Shown here: positions 9,488-23,100 of the stretch, piece by piece | Position numbering within the stretch: the first letter of the stretch is position 1 | Layout: every line of letters begins with the position of its first letter | Origin: a virus | Virus record (IMG/VR): IMGVR_UViG_3300009124_000004 | Reading direction: 5' to 3' (one strand) | Length of the DNA stretch: 64,000 nt | Translations under genes and position numbers: made by a program | Notes under the pieces: generated by a model | What the model saw: the letters and a program-made list of their open reading frames with translations, nothing else | What the model was told of the DNA's origin: nothing | Databases searched by the model: none

Positions 9488-12400
9488 CTTAAATCCTTAA
9501 TAATTGGAACAACTGCTTGGTTTGTAGATCTCATACGGACCTTAACCTGGAACTGGGTGAAGGTAGCGTTTGGTTTTGTACCTCCAGCAGTAATATCATA
9601 TTCGTATTTGAAATCTCTAAAGAACTGTTCATCCTGAGTGGTTGCATAATTTGGATCAGACAATTCAATCCAATCAATTTCTTTAGGATCAGATTCTTCA
9701 CCAGTCAATGCTTTGACGTAAACATCAATATTACAAGAACTGCTTGGATTAAATGCAGCAAACTCTACTCTCAATCCAGTACAAGCATTCTCCATAGTTA
9801 CGAGTTTTGTCAAATAGTTTGCTGGGTTGAAATCTTCAACTGATTCAGAACCAATATCAGTATATGCTCCACTATCATTGAAGTAATATTCTTTCTCATA
9901 CGCACCATCAACATCTGCAACTCTATTTGCAGATGTGACCAAACTTACTCTCTGAGTGTCAATAATTGGACTCAGGTTTGACTTTGTGCTGCTGAGTTCA
10001 AGGTAAAGATTTGCAGAAGATGTTCCCTGCATCTGATTGGTTTCATTTGTAAGTGATGCCATCAATTTAGGAACATTAAATTCATTATTTTCATTTAAAA
10101 GAACAGTTCTGAATGCAGAATCCTTAACGTATGAAGGTTGTGTTGGTGAAGAAGAACTGGATGGATTTGAGAAAACAGAGTTCTCAAGCGAAGTTCCATT
10201 AGTTGCTCTATAAGTTGCAATTACTTCAGTTCCAGGCAATTCAATTGAATTAACAAGTGGAAGTACACTTGTATACATTACGTTCTTACTTGCATATACA
10301 TTTGTACCACCAAACGTGAAATTAATTGGACCTGTAGAAGTTCTAGTAACAGGAATTGCAATTTGATAAGAATCCATTGTAATCCACTTGAGATCACTAT
10401 GGGTCTTATTAATGTAAGTCAGAGGGACTCCATCTTTTACATAGTTTTCTGGAATCCATTTGTCTGCTGCCTTAAATCCAGTCGAAGGGATTGATCCTTC
10501 AACTCTACTAATTGTTGTGATCGAGTATACACCATTCGTTGCTGCACCAACTGTTGTTGGATCATAACTGTAAATAGCATCACCAATCTTAAAGTATCCT
10601 GGATTAGTTCCACTTGGTACAGCACCATTGATATTTGATGAATATGCAAAGAAATCGCGGTTACCTTTAAATGATACAGCACCACCTGGAGTTCCATTCC
10701 AATCTGCTGCTAATTCTGCATACTCTTCTGTACTTACACCTTTAATTTCAACAAAAGATGAAGGATCATGCATACCATGATTGTAATGATTGACCTTCAT
10801 GTAGTTTCCATTAACCGTCAATTCAATAGGATCATTTCTCAGTCGATCAAACTGATTTAGACCATCATTATTATGCTTGTACTTGATAACAGGTTTTTGT
10901 GAAATATCAAACTCTGCTCTGTAAAGAGTAAACTTCAAATCTTGCAGTTGATTTGCAGTCCATGTGGATGCGTTTTGTGACTTGAACAGAACGCCAGCAT
11001 AAGGTTGCTCAGAAATTCTGTTACCATTAATGTCATCTTGACCCATCTCTGACAACCAAACCTTATATTCTACAGATGAGGTAAGGATTGCAAAGCAATA
11101 TTCTCTTTGTTCTGCAAGGTATACAGGAGTATCAAATTCAAATGATGTTACTGCAGTAGCATCTTCTGAAAGGTTAACTTGAGATGGAGTTTTGTTCATG
11201 GTTGCAAGAACTGTTGGTCCTGGATAACCATTAACCATCTCTCTAATCTGCATCGTTACAGGAAGAGTTTTATCTTTTGTTCTAAAGTAAATATCAACTT
11301 TAGACACAAATGCACCACCTGCATCCTCTACTAAGAATGATTGTGCGAGAGGGTCATACCATCCACCAAAAGTGGTCGAACTGCTAGAAGAACTACTGGT
11401 AAGAACTCTGCTTTCAGATACATCATGATTAATAACTTCAGCATTTCTAACTAACAGAACATCCTGTTGCTTACTGAAGGTGGTTCCACTAGCACTATAT
11501 GTACCGTTTACAGAACTATCAACTTCACCTGGGATTAATGAGTTAGTTGCAGAGTCAGTCAATCTAAGTACAGATTCACCAACTTTCCATCTTGGATTGC
11601 CTTCTTCTGCTGGATCTGGAATGAACAAGGACATATGAAGTCCACCAGATTCATCAGCAATCATTTTCTTAGCACTAACTGTAGCAGTTGCACCACTAGT
11701 AGCACCAACTAAAGTATCTCCAACTAAAGCATGACCACCATACTCAGATGTGCCAAGTTCATTCATACTATCTAAATCTAAATTCAATACTGTAGTGTTT
11801 GCAGTATAGTTGGAAGGCATTGTACCTCCACTATATGGATCAACTAAAAGATCTCCATCATAATAATTTCTTGGAGAAACAACTTTTGCTCTAAATTTTC
11901 TATTAACATTACCACTCACAAAAACATCTTCACCGACAGTAAATGGAACTGTGCTAGTGACGTTTACTTGGATGACTTTTGGAGTTGAATATGCATTTAC
12001 ATCTCTTCCCTCTAAGAAAGAATAAACTTGAATATTTGGTTTTAATCTTTGAGCATTGATGTAAATGTTTCTAGATCTCTTCCAATGAGCATATTTAATA
12101 TCAACAACTCTATCACCAAGAACTTCTCTGTCAACTCTAGGAGTAACTTCAGGTCTAATTCCAGTTCTAGTTTGACCAGTTCTAGTAGTTGACCAAGAAT
12201 TAGACGTAGTAACCTGTCTAATGGGAGGACCACCACCACTATTTTCAGTTCTAGTACTAGAACTACTTCCACTACTGGTACTGGTCCATTGAGTTTCCCA
12301 TGCATTCCACTCAGTTGGAGCAAAACCAGTATTGGGATCTACCTCCATTGCAAATACTGTTGCCGCATAATCTCCTTCAACACTAGTAAGTGTTTCTGGT

Positions 12401-15400
12401 AAACGAACTTCATCAACCCAGTCATCAATTGCTGGGGTAATGACCATAAATCCAACCCAAGAGACGACTGCAAATGGGTTAACGTTTTCTACTCCAGAGG
12501 CAAAGGGTTGATCGACCATAACCTTATGAGTATAGTCGAGCATAATTGCATCGCCTTTAATGTAATTAGAAGGAACTTCTTCATACTTCAATGCAACATT
12601 AGTTGTAAAGTGTTGAGGTCTCAATTCTCCTAATGCCATGTCCATTGCACAGCGATAGTTCGGATGTGCAGAATCTCCAACGGCGTGGGAAGTAAAGTTA
12701 TCTACAAGGAAACCATTCTTTAATCTATTAAGACCAGAACCATCAGAAATAAACAAATTAGCAGTGTCACTTTCAAGCAAACTTAATTGAGTATAATATT
12801 CAACATTACTTAAACGTTGCTCAAGCCTACCAATATCCTTCATTGTATAACGCTTGTTAGGAAATCTAGTAATTAGAATATCATCTAAATTTCTGACATA
12901 AGGTGGCATAGAAATACTAGCCAGTTTCATAGCATTCTTGATACTATCACCTGGTTCCTTAGGATTTAATGAAGCAGTTCCTTGCTTAGTAACAAATTCA
13001 CCAGTTTTGTTGACATATAAGTGATCAATTCTTCCAAGATAATATTCTACTTCATTTGCCTCTACAAAACCTGCAGGAAGTTTTTCATCATTATAGATGT
13101 AATTAAAGTTACCATAATTAGAAAGTTTTGTATTTGCAAGAATCTGTGTTGCATCAATTTCATGAGGTGTGTTATACTCACCATTACCAGTCGAAAATAC
13201 ATCACTTTGATTAATTCTATAATCTACACAATCGTTTAAATAATATTTGTCTGGACCCCAATCAAAAGAAGGAATCTCTTCAATTTTTGCATCATAGTAA
13301 GAATTTGCAGTATAGAAAAGACCAGATGCGTTGTCATCTTCAAAATGATCAACAACTACCCAAAGAGAAGTTCCACTTGGAATAGCACTTCCTACATTAG
13401 ATTTTGTAATCGTAGAGAATTCAAAACTATGCGCTCTTTGACCATCATCAAGAAGGTATCTACTCTTAAGGTTTGGAAGACCGTTTGTATTTACAGTTAC
13501 AACACTCGCAGTTGATGCACTCTCATATCCATAAAGTTCTTCATTAGGAATAAAGTTTGAAGAGGTTTCATATACAAAGTATAATTTTGTTGTAGAAGAT
13601 TCTTGCTTAATAACTCTTCCTTTAGCACCACTAGATTTTCCTATAACAATTTCCCCTGCTTTAAATGCAGGAGTTCCAGAACCATAAGTTACATTAGGAT
13701 ATACTGTATCAAAATCATTTGCATTAGGATCGCTATAATTAAAGATAGCATGAATCTTTGATACTCTAGTAAGACCTAAACTTAAAGTAGTATCATTAAT
13801 ATCATATTTGGTTGCGATGTCCTTAAGTTTAATAACTCTCATCTTCTTAAGAGAAGAGAGTTTCAATACTGGATTAGAAATATTCTTTGGACCATACAAA
13901 ACGAAATTGTCGTTTGCAGTATTTGCATCAGTTGCAATAGTAAAACTAAAACTACCACCACTAAGGTTTGGTGTCGCTCCAGTTAATGGTCTTGCAGTTC
14001 CTACACCATCATTATCAATTCTTAATGTATAATCACCAACAGTTGACGATGCAAAAGGAACGTTTACTGATCCACCATTTCCAGAAGCATTAATAGTTCC
14101 AGTAGCAACAGTCAACAAATCAAATGCAGAAGCACCCTCAAGTGCCTTAATTACATTATTGTTGTATGCTTTAAATAGGTAAGGTTGTGTACCACCACCA
14201 GAACCATTAATTGTGAAGGTATGACCACCAGAAACTGTGTTGGTTTCAAAATTAATATTGCCGTTTATGACAATAGTATCAACATCAACTACAGTATTAG
14301 TTTTTGAAAGGAATTTGATAGCAGCAACTCTTACTACATCATAGGTAGATTCTGTTTCAAATCCAACAAATAAACCATAACCAATTACATTAGCGCCATC
14401 CTTTAATGCAGCAATTTGTTGAGATTGGTATGCTGGTTGAAGATTTTGATAAATGGGTTCATTGCTTTTAGCAGTTCTGAATTCAAATCCTCTAGCATCT
14501 GTGCTGATAAGTTTGTTAGTTTCTTTATCAGTAGTTCTTGGTTTTGCAATATCAACATAAGTTGTTGAAATATTTTCAATTTCGTATCCAAGGACATATG
14601 ATTTGCCTGGACTTACATTAACTTCAAAAAGATCGCTTGATGGAGTGTTGTCTTGATCGGTTTTTTCATTGATGGCAAAAATGCCATTGTTTACACCATT
14701 ATCAAGACATTCATCTTTAGTAAACTTATAAGGTCTTACCTCATAGTCACCAGATTCATCATAAGTTCTTCTTGCTAAAGTATCTTCTAATGTACGAGCA
14801 ATTTGTGCTCTAGAAGTTTGAACAATTTCTCTTAGTTGTCCTTCTTCTAATTTAAGAAGTTCAATAAAGTCAGTAACTGACTCATCACTTAAACTCTTCT
14901 TTACAAGTTTTGCTTCTAACTTTAATCTATGTGCTCCAGGTGCTGAATAGTTAGAATATCCCTGAGAAGGATCTGTAAGGGTCTCATCATCTTCAGGAGT
15001 TACAATAGTTTCTAATACTTGCAGACCAACCTTGTATGAAGGTGTTACTCCAAATTGATCAAGAATAATTTCTTGCTCAGCAACAGAAGTGAAGAATCCC
15101 TTAATAAAATAGATGCCAGGAGTAATCTTTGCAGCAGAACCAGTGTGTGTAGCATTTTCAGTTACACACTTTGCAAAGTCAGTATCTGCTTGAATTACAG
15201 TTTCTCCGATACTGAAGGAATCTTCTGCTAAAAGAATCTCGTCATCTTGAAATGTTCCAGAGGTATTTGAAGATCCAGCACTTGTATACTTAACATAAAG
15301 AGTCGTCTTGCCCTTTTCTGACTCTTCGGAAGAAATTGCATTAACAACCCTTGCTCTTATCCCAGAAGATTGTCCAACGATTGTTTGCCCAACAACATAC

Positions 15401-15678
15401 TGCCTGATGGTATCTGCAGAGATACCAAAATACTCATCTTCAATTAATACCGAGGTATAATACAGGTCGAAAGAGATCTGACCTGGGATAACCATAGCAC
15501 CATCTTTGTAGATGCTAGATCCAAATTTTTCGATCTGGTCCTGCAGTACAGATTGCAGAACTGTAAGTTCCCTCGCCTGCAGAGGGAACCCTGGTCGGAA
15601 CAGAACTTTGTGAAAGTTATCTGTTGCGTCAAAATCCTCAAAATATGGAGGAGTGTTCAGGTTAGTTGTCTGGGGCAT
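9469..15678 (-). CDS. DUF4815-family large virion structural protein (2069 aa)
   Basis: TNLNTPPYFEDFD...FHKVLFRPG.PLQARELT.LQS N-terminus; RLKNGFLVDNF; YDPLAQSF; GVLFKSQNASTW; PIIKDLRCIALA C-terminus. Confidence 0.9.
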   Translation of the reverse strand: MPQTTNLNTPPYFEDFDATDNFHKVLFRPGFPLQARELTVLQSVLQDQIEKFGSSIYKDGAMVIPGQISFDLYYTSVLIEDEYFGISADTIRQYVVGQTIVGQSSGIRARVVNAISSEESEKGKTTLYVKYTSAGSSNTSGTFQDDEILLAEDSFSIGETVIQADTDFAKCVTENATHTGSAAKITPGIYFIKGFFTSVAEQEIILDQFGVTPSYKVGLQVLETIVTPEDDETLTDPSQGYSNYSAPGAHRLKLEAKLVKKSLSDESVTDFIELLKLEEGQLREIVQTSRAQIARTLEDTLARRTYDESGDYEVRPYKFTKDECLDNGVNNGIFAINEKTDQDNTPSSDLFEVNVSPGKSYVLGYEIENISTTYVDIAKPRTTDKETNKLISTDARGFEFRTAKSNEPIYQNLQPAYQSQQIAALKDGANVIGYGLFVGFETESTYDVVRVAAIKFLSKTNTVVDVDTIVINGNINFETNTVSGGHTFTINGSGGGTQPYLFKAYNNNVIKALEGASAFDLLTVATGTINASGNGGSVNVPFASSTVGDYTLRIDNDGVGTARPLTGATPNLSGGSFSFTIATDANTANDNFVLYGPKNISNPVLKLSSLKKMRVIKLKDIATKYDINDTTLSLGLTRVSKIHAIFNYSDPNANDFDTVYPNVTYGSGTPAFKAGEIVIGKSSGAKGRVIKQESSTTKLYFVYETSSNFIPNEELYGYESASTASVVTVNTNGLPNLKSRYLLDDGQRAHSFEFSTITKSNVGSAIPSGTSLWVVVDHFEDDNASGLFYTANSYYDAKIEEIPSFDWGPDKYYLNDCVDYRINQSDVFSTGNGEYNTPHEIDATQILANTKLSNYGNFNYIYNDEKLPAGFVEANEVEYYLGRIDHLYVNKTGEFVTKQGTASLNPKEPGDSIKNAMKLASISMPPYVRNLDDILITRFPNKRYTMKDIGRLEQRLSNVEYYTQLSLLESDTANLFISDGSGLNRLKNGFLVDNFTSHAVGDSAHPNYRCAMDMALGELRPQHFTTNVALKYEEVPSNYIKGDAIMLDYTHKVMVDQPFASGVENVNPFAVVSWVGFMVITPAIDDWVDEVRLPETLTSVEGDYAATVFAMEVDPNTGFAPTEWNAWETQWTSTSSGSSSSTRTENSGGGPPIRQVTTSNSWSTTRTGQTRTGIRPEVTPRVDREVLGDRVVDIKYAHWKRSRNIYINAQRLKPNIQVYSFLEGRDVNAYSTPKVIQVNVTSTVPFTVGEDVFVSGNVNRKFRAKVVSPRNYYDGDLLVDPYSGGTMPSNYTANTTVLNLDLDSMNELGTSEYGGHALVGDTLVGATSGATATVSAKKMIADESGGLHMSLFIPDPAEEGNPRWKVGESVLRLTDSATNSLIPGEVDSSVNGTYSASGTTFSKQQDVLLVRNAEVINHDVSESRVLTSSSSSSSTTFGGWYDPLAQSFLVEDAGGAFVSKVDIYFRTKDKTLPVTMQIREMVNGYPGPTVLATMNKTPSQVNLSEDATAVTSFEFDTPVYLAEQREYCFAILTSSVEYKVWLSEMGQDDINGNRISEQPYAGVLFKSQNASTWTANQLQDLKFTLYRAEFDISQKPVIKYKHNNDGLNQFDRLRNDPIELTVNGNYMKVNHYNHGMHDPSSFVEIKGVSTEEYAELAADWNGTPGGAVSFKGNRDFFAYSSNINGAVPSGTNPGYFKIGDAIYSYDPTTVGAATNGVYSITTISRVEGSIPSTGFKAADKWIPENYVKDGVPLTYINKTHSDLKWITMDSYQIAIPVTRTSTGPINFTFGGTNVYASKNVMYTSVLPLVNSIELPGTEVIATYRATNGTSLENSVFSNPSSSSSPTQPSYVKDSAFRTVLLNENNEFNVPKLMASLTNETNQMQGTSSANLYLELSSTKSNLSPIIDTQRVSLVTSANRVADVDGAYEKEYYFNDSGAYTDIGSESVEDFNPANYLTKLVTMENACTGLRVEFAAFNPSSSCNIDVYVKALTGEESDPKEIDWIELSDPNYATTQDEQFFRDFKYEYDITAGGTKPNATFTQFQVKVRMRSTNQAVVPIIKDLRCIALA

Positions 15679-15681
15679 CTC

Positions 15682-17124
15682 TTAGAACTCTAAAATAATT
15701 TTGAAATCTTCCGTCTGGTCTTGTGCTCTGGAAATTGTATTCCTATTATCTATGTAGATGATTTCTCCAGACCCTCTTACGATGTCTGGTTCTGAGACAG
15801 TATTGATAGTAACGGTTTCTGAACCAATAATGATTGATTCTCCATCTACAAATGATGGTCTAGAACCATTGCTTTGCAATCCAGCACCAACAGTATTTTC
15901 CTGAGTAAAGTAAATTGTATAGATATCATTTACAGTATCTGGTTCATAATGAACAATTCTTCCAGTTGCACCACTACCAGCACCTGGAGTTGAAATCAAA
16001 AGATCATTATAATCTTCTTGTGCGTTTGCCAAGGGACTTACGCCAGAAGTAGAATAATCTAGAGTCATTTTTCTAGTACCAATCAACGTTTGCGAGGTAC
16101 TAGTCGTTACTGGGTTATAGATAATTCCAACAACACTAAAATCATTACCAAAGACAAAATCACTGTTTTCCAATTTACAATGAAGTGCTAATCTGTACGC
16201 ACCCAGTTCTAAAGTCATTCCAGTGGTTGCCAATCCCTCTTTAGGGGAAATAATTGGTTCTAAAACTGCATTAGAACCGCCTGTAGTGTTAATCTGAGCA
16301 AAAGTATACCCAGATCCAGGATTAAGGACCTTAATACCTGTAATAGCGCCTGCAGCGTCAGTTGAAGTAATTCTAACTCTACCGTTAGTACCATCACCAA
16401 TAATGTCAAATTCAGAGTTTGCAGTATAATTAGTACCTGCTGCTTTAATTACAACATTATAAATTGCTCCACCATAGTTTGATGCTGGGGCAATAGCGTT
16501 ATTAAGATCAATGCTAGAAGTTTCTGGAATTGGAACATATTCATCACTCTTAAATCTTTCAAAATCATTAGCATTTACGCTAAACAAATATTTCCAAACA
16601 TATCCATCAGACAATGTAAATGGAGCACTAGTTGTTGATGACGGTTCAACTGTAGATTGTCCATTATTGTTATTATTCAAACACTTATATACTTTGTATT
16701 CAGAAGTCACAACAAAGAAATTTGTCTCATACAGATGAGTTTCTGTATTAAGACCTTCAACATAATTTACTACATTGTTAGTAGCACTAACAACAGATCC
16801 GTAATTATGACGATAAATGTCATAGGTTGTTCCAGACGCCCATGTTTTGTTTGGAATAACAGATCTGATCTCTGAAGAAGGAATCTTCTTCAATCCAATC
16901 ATCTGATCATAGATGTTAAATGCTGCTTCTTGATTATCAACGGGGTTGATAGGTTGGTTATTAGTCCAACCATCAGATTTTGCAAAAAACAAATATAATC
17001 CAACTTCACTTACAGTTCTATTACCATTACCATCAACAAACTGTGGGTCTTCACCTAAAGCAACCCTCTGTCTGAAATTTTCAGCAAGAACTACCCTAAA
17101 TCTATCGGTTAAAATTGCCGCCAT
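15682..17124 (-). CDS. gp8: Baseplate wedge subunit gp8
   Basis: MAAILTDRFRV; W.SGTTYDIYRH; FFVVTSEYKVYKCL.N; DGYVWKYLF; SGEIIYIDNR...DQTEDFKIILEF. Confidence 0.92.
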   Translation of the reverse strand: MAAILTDRFRVVLAENFRQRVALGEDPQFVDGNGNRTVSEVGLYLFFAKSDGWTNNQPINPVDNQEAAFNIYDQMIGLKKIPSSEIRSVIPNKTWASGTTYDIYRHNYGSVVSATNNVVNYVEGLNTETHLYETNFFVVTSEYKVYKCLNNNNNGQSTVEPSSTTSAPFTLSDGYVWKYLFSVNANDFERFKSDEYVPIPETSSIDLNNAIAPASNYGGAIYNVVIKAAGTNYTANSEFDIIGDGTNGRVRITSTDAAGAITGIKVLNPGSGYTFAQINTTGGSNAVLEPIISPKEGLATTGMTLELGAYRLALHCKLENSDFVFGNDFSVVGIIYNPVTTSTSQTLIGTRKMTLDYSTSGVSPLANAQEDYNDLLISTPGAGSGATGRIVHYEPDTVNDIYTIYFTQENTVGAGLQSNGSRPSFVDGESIIIGSETVTINTVSEPDIVRGSGEIIYIDNRNTISRAQDQTEDFKIILEF

Positions 17125-17143
17125 CGTTAAACAGTTTTCTTTT

Positions 17144-17151
17144 TATTTATA
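17144..17151 (-). promoter_or_regulatory. T4-type late promoter TATAAATA
   Basis: Exact consensus in the 30-nt gp7-gp8 intergenic gap. Confidence 0.8.
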
Positions 17152-17154
17152 GGA

Positions 17155-20100
17155 CTAGAAGTTATAATAAAAGTCGTTACCAACCGTTAATGATTGGTAT
17201 TCTGCAATCAAATCATGATCAGTAACAGGACCAATAACATCAAGTGCTGTATTTTGGAGTTGAATGGTATCCGAAGCAGCAATTGAGTTTGCAGGAGTAT
17301 CTAATTTTACATAAAGAAGAAGATTTGTAACATCCCAATCAATGACAGTTGCATCATAAGCATATCCAGCACCAAATTTAATTCTGGATACCAATTCATT
17401 AATAATGCCGTTACCAGATCCTTGACTTGCTACAAAGAATGGGGCATTTGCGGCACTAGCGTCTAATTTTACAATTTGATCAAATGCTAAATCTGTACCA
17501 AGTGTAACACCTTGAATTTCATCAACATCACCAGGAACTGCTGGGTTCCTTGGTACAAACGTGGTAAATCTTGCATTAATTTGTCTAGCACCAAAGTTAG
17601 TGCTTGCAGGCAACGCAAATGTAATCAAATTAGTATCATCATCTGGATTAGTTGGAAGATCATCAGAAATATCATCTAATTCAATAGATGCAATAGAGGT
17701 AGTGTATAGTGTAGGTCCAGACAGTGGGAATATTCCTCCTGGCAATCCAGTAACTGTAGTAGTTAAGGTTCTTCTTGCTCTTAAGGACTCTCTAACCTTT
17801 GCCTCTCTTACTAAGTGAGTTAACCACCAACCATACTCTCCAATACTGCCTGGATTAATTCCAGATAAGGGGTTTGTGTTTCTTTGCCCATTTGAGTTGG
17901 TTGTTGCTAATCTAGTTGCACTCAGGACATTAATAATTCCTCTTGAAGAAACCTCATTCTGCTGAATAAGAGTATCTCCAGATTCAACGGTAGCATCAAC
18001 GTCAATGCTTTCATAATCATCTGCAGAACCAACAAAAATGTATCCTTCAAACGCAGAACCAAACTTTGGAGGTGATGAGAATTCAATCAAACTACCAAAC
18101 AGTTTAAAGGATGATAGGGACTCTGGATATGCCTCCTCTCTTCCAAACTCAGTAGTTGATGGGATTTGATATACACCATCAATAAAGAGAATTAAGTTAG
18201 CAGAAATATTTGCTTCTGCCCTTCCATTAGAAATCAAACTAAAAATCTCGCCATTAACATCACGAAGATCAAATGCAGTTTCAATACCATTAAATTGGTT
18301 TGAAATATCCCCAATTGAAATTTGCTCACCAACGTAGAAGCAATTAAATGGTGTTCCATCTGCAGGTGCTTCAGTAAACACTAACTTAGCATATTCATCA
18401 CCAGTTGAAGGGGTTGAATCTGGATCTACCTCAACTAAGTTGTAAGAAGTTCCTCTCTTTTGCAAAATACCATTAACAATAACAAAAATGTCCTTATCTG
18501 AGGTAATGAATACTGGATTTCCATTCTCTTTCAAAATAAACTCTGTTTTTTCACCGTCAAATCCTCTATTAAAACTTTGTACAGTTAAAGTGTAAGGTAC
18601 AATTTTTTGGATTGATACTCCATTACCATGGAACAGAGGAGCAGAAGTATTTAATTGTGATCTATCAACAGTTAATGTATTTGAAGAAATATTTGTAATT
18701 TTTACAATCTCGACATTATCAATTACAACATAATCATTTTGAGCAAAACCTGTTACACTAACTACATCAAACGAAGTATCTCCTTGAGAAACACCATATG
18801 TTTCATCGACAGAAGTAATAACATTGGTTTTTTGAGAACTTACAAAACCACTATTAATAGTTTGCCCATTAGTAAATGCATCGTCTCTATCAGTAATTGA
18901 TGCATCAACTACTAGATCTTCAATAGTCAATGTGTGATGTAAAAATCTAATAGCGGTGTCAATAGCAATAGTGATACTTAAAGAACTTGTACTAATGTTT
19001 GTAAGTGTAATAGTTCTTGTTTGAGAATTGATTGCAGAAATTTCAAGTTCATCACTATCAACACTAGTCATCCCGTAAGATGCCTTGAATAATACTCTAT
19101 CACCAACAAAAATATTAGTTAAATCATTAACAATGATATCAAATGTACCTGCTGCAGCAACTGAACCTGTATGACCCGTTTCAATAACAACTCTAGTGGT
19201 TGCAGTATTTTTATCTACAATTCTAGAGGTTACCAATTCGTTTGAATTGATAACAAAGTCACCAATAATAAAGTTATTAACTGGTTCTTTAGTATGAATA
19301 ATATTCTTACTAACATCATCAAATTGATAGTTTTGTGTTGTTCCCAAAGAACCGTCTGCGTCAGATCTTTGATAAAGTAAACCAATAAATTGTCTACCGA
19401 CAGTGCGATCTGGACCAACGTATCTTTGAGGAGGTTCAAAGAAATTAATTTTTCTAACACCACTGGTAACAGTATCATATACAATGTATGGCGTTTGGGT
19501 TACTCCAGCAATTTCAACAAAATAATCTTCAGGATTAATAGTAAATCCTGCAGGGATTGCAATTTGCCCATCATTGACCTTATACTCATATTTTGTACTT
19601 AATAGAACATGCTCTTCTTCTTCTAAAGAAACTCCAAGAGGATCAATAATAACAATTAATGTATCATATGTAAAGTCATAATCAAATACCAAATCATTAC
19701 TTGCATTGATTTCATAATCATCAGTTGTAATTGCAATACCGTCAACAAATACAAAGAAACTATCTTTGTTAGTAATACCACTAGGTTTATTTGTTAATAC
19801 AATAGGAGTATTTGCAGTAGCAGATCCAGAAGTAAATTCGTTCTTTAAGAAACCAGAAAGATATCTTACAGATAACTCAGAACCTACAGGTAAAGTTTCG
19901 CCAAATGTGATCGTTGGAGATCCACCACCAGCAGAAATGCTAAAGTTTGCATTTTCTTGCAATACACCATCAATAAAACACATGTAATTGTCTTCATCAA
20001 TAGAAGAGAAAATACCTGCAGGGAATACGCTAGTATCTTCTTGAACAAGATTAAATGTATCTGTGGCAGAAGTTGTTGTCTCGGTCATGATGTAGATAAT

Positions 20101-23100
20101 AGTATCATCATTAAACTGCCTATACCTCATAACTTCACTAGGTAAAAACTCACCAGAATCTCTACTTGAAGTAAATCTAATAGTTTTATCAGAATCAGTT
20201 ACAATCCAAGAAGTGCCATATGTTTGAATAATATTGTCAAGAAGTACAACCATTTGGTCTACATCATAATCTTCAATGTAATTCGTAACTGTATTTCCAT
20301 CTACATCCTCTATAGTAGGAGTAACAGGATCTACAACTTTTAATGGGAATGCTGTTTCGATTCCATCAAACTGGTCGGAAATATCTTCAAATGCTGCTAC
20401 AACAGAATCTTTAATGTTCTTAACGTCAGTCAGCAATCTATTTTTAACCTCAACTTCATCTAAACCATTATTCTTTGTTACAAGATAATTGTACTTAGTT
20501 TTAAACGATACGACTTCATTAACGTTGGTTGCAACATTTACAATGGAACTAACAGTGTTTTGTCTACCAATAGCATTATCAATGGAAGTTCTTGCAAAGA
20601 GATTATAACCAGTTGGGTGTGCTGCTTTTTGGTATCCCTCTTTCCACTGATTAAATGGAACCTCAGTTCCAATTTCATATGCAAATTTTTGATACCTATA
20701 ACTATCTTGCAATCTAAGTGCGCTAGAACCTAAGAATGATTTTGTGTCTAAGAACTTTTTAGGAGTTTGTACAATAGGTCCAACAGTAGTCAAGGCACTA
20801 ATACCAAAAGCACTTTCTACGATACCAAATGCACCAGAGTCGGATCCACTAATCTCATCATTTTCTGAAATTAGATAGTTGTAGTTTTCAATTCTAAGGA
20901 TAGAACTACCTTTTTGCCAACCCTTATTGGTTGTAACAAATCCAATCTTTTGTGGATCTCCGTTAATAGTTACTTTTTCCCCACTAATAAATTGAGATTT
21001 AGAAACAATAGCAGTAACTGATGCTTTTCTTGCTAAAGAAATAAGTTCATATCTAGTAGCAACTGCACCGCCAGGTAAGGTCACCTGTGTCATTGGATTA
21101 ACGTCTGGAGTATTATTTGCTACTGGTTCTTCTCTACAAGAAATAGTAGTGCTGTTAAGTTTAGCATAGAAGTTAATCGCACTATCTTCATAGTATTCAA
21201 CACCATTTATCTCATAATATGCTCTAAATTTAAAGATATCATTTTCAAGAATATACTGGTTAAATGCAAATTTAAAGGATAGTTCTCCAGTAGAAGTCAA
21301 TCCAGCATAGTAATACTTCTCAACATCAATTGTTGGAGCACTATTGTATCTGATACCAGGAGATACCAAATTAATATTAATAATACGACCATTAGTGACT
21401 TGTGCCTCAACGATTGCATGATTTGGACTATTGTCGGGCAATCCACCGCCACTTAATACAATTCTTGGTGCAAAGATATACTGCGAACCAGAATCATCAA
21501 TTCTTATAGAACTTACAACAAAGTTATTCTTAATTTTTGTAATTCTTGGGAAAATAACAGAGGGTTTTTGTGTTTTATCTGGACTATAACCATATCCAGA
21601 AGACACTGCCTTAATCTTGTTAATTTTACCAATACTATCAGAAATAGGTTCAAGAATAGCACCCTCTCCAGAAGTTGTCTTAACAGAAGAAATTACAGGA
21701 ATAGTAGTATAATTAAATCCACCAGAAGTTAATGTAGCAGTGTTAATTCCTCCAGATGCGGTAGTGGATCTTGTAATATATGAAATTGTGTTAGCATTAT
21801 ATACAAAAGTATTATCGGGAAGGGGATCTTCTTTAACATAAACTTCAAAATAAGTTGAACTGGAGTTCACAACATTGTATTCACCATTAATTGGTTCAGA
21901 TACTGTTTTGATTTTGTAATCTTTGTAGTCCGAACCACCAACGACGCTAACTCTCATGATATAATCTGTCAGGTCAGAATCATCTGGATAAATTACAAAT
22001 TCTGTAATGTTTCCATTAACAATTGTTTTTTTAATGTTTACATCAAAATACTTTCTACCAACAACTGTAGTTTGAGTTTCAGTATCATATGAAGGACCAA
22101 AGAATTCAACATTAATTGCCCCTAAAGAAATATTTGCTACCTCAAAAGTATAAGTAGATCCTTCATAAAATTCTAATGTAGAGATTGTATGATCAAATCC
22201 AGATCCAGTATCTACTTCAAATCGTGCAGGATTATTGACAGAATTGTACTGTATTCTATAGTCCTTGTTTAGTTTTAAAGCAGCAGTAACTCTTACAAAA
22301 TCGTTTTGAACTAAACTATTATTCGCAGAATTAATTTTTGCAAGGATTCTATCTTCCTCATACTTAGTCACAAGTCCATTAATAAACCTCAATCTATTAA
22401 CAGTAGTTCTTGGATAATGGAATTCTGCTGAAGATGAGAATGCTGCTCTTTCTAATGTTAATGTGTGCCTGTAAGTAGATGCTACAATATTAACATCTAA
22501 AAACGTTTGACTAGGAGCGTCATAAGTAGAATTTGTTCCAATTTGAACTATAGGATTTGATGTAATTCCTTGTTGTGGATCAAAAGTCAAATCTTCAACT
22601 TCACCACCAGAACCAAGTTGTACTACTTGGGATCCTTGACCACCAAGTGTTTGCAACACACCATTAAAGAAACAATAGAATGTACCTGTATTACCACTAC
22701 CTCCGTCAATAATTCTTGTAGCAACTACTTCATCATCCTTAGAAATATCAATATTTACAATTTTAAACTTTTCGCTATTGATTTGTACAATATCACCAAG
22801 TTGAAATACAGAACTGTCAAATACTTGAACTTGTGCAGTGCGAGTCAATACAGTGCCAGAACTATAAGATTCTTGTGTTGTTCCATTTACACCTCTACGA
22901 ACAAGAATTGCATTGTCTGATGCAAAAACTTGAATGATCTTACAATACTCATTATCAATCCTAACATACTGACCAACAGTAAAATCTGCTATACTACCAG
23001 CAAGGTTATAATTTTGTAATCTAATATATCCAGTAACACTATCCAAATCATTAACTAATTCTGCTGTGTATACTAAGTTTCCAAGAACAGTATTGGAGAG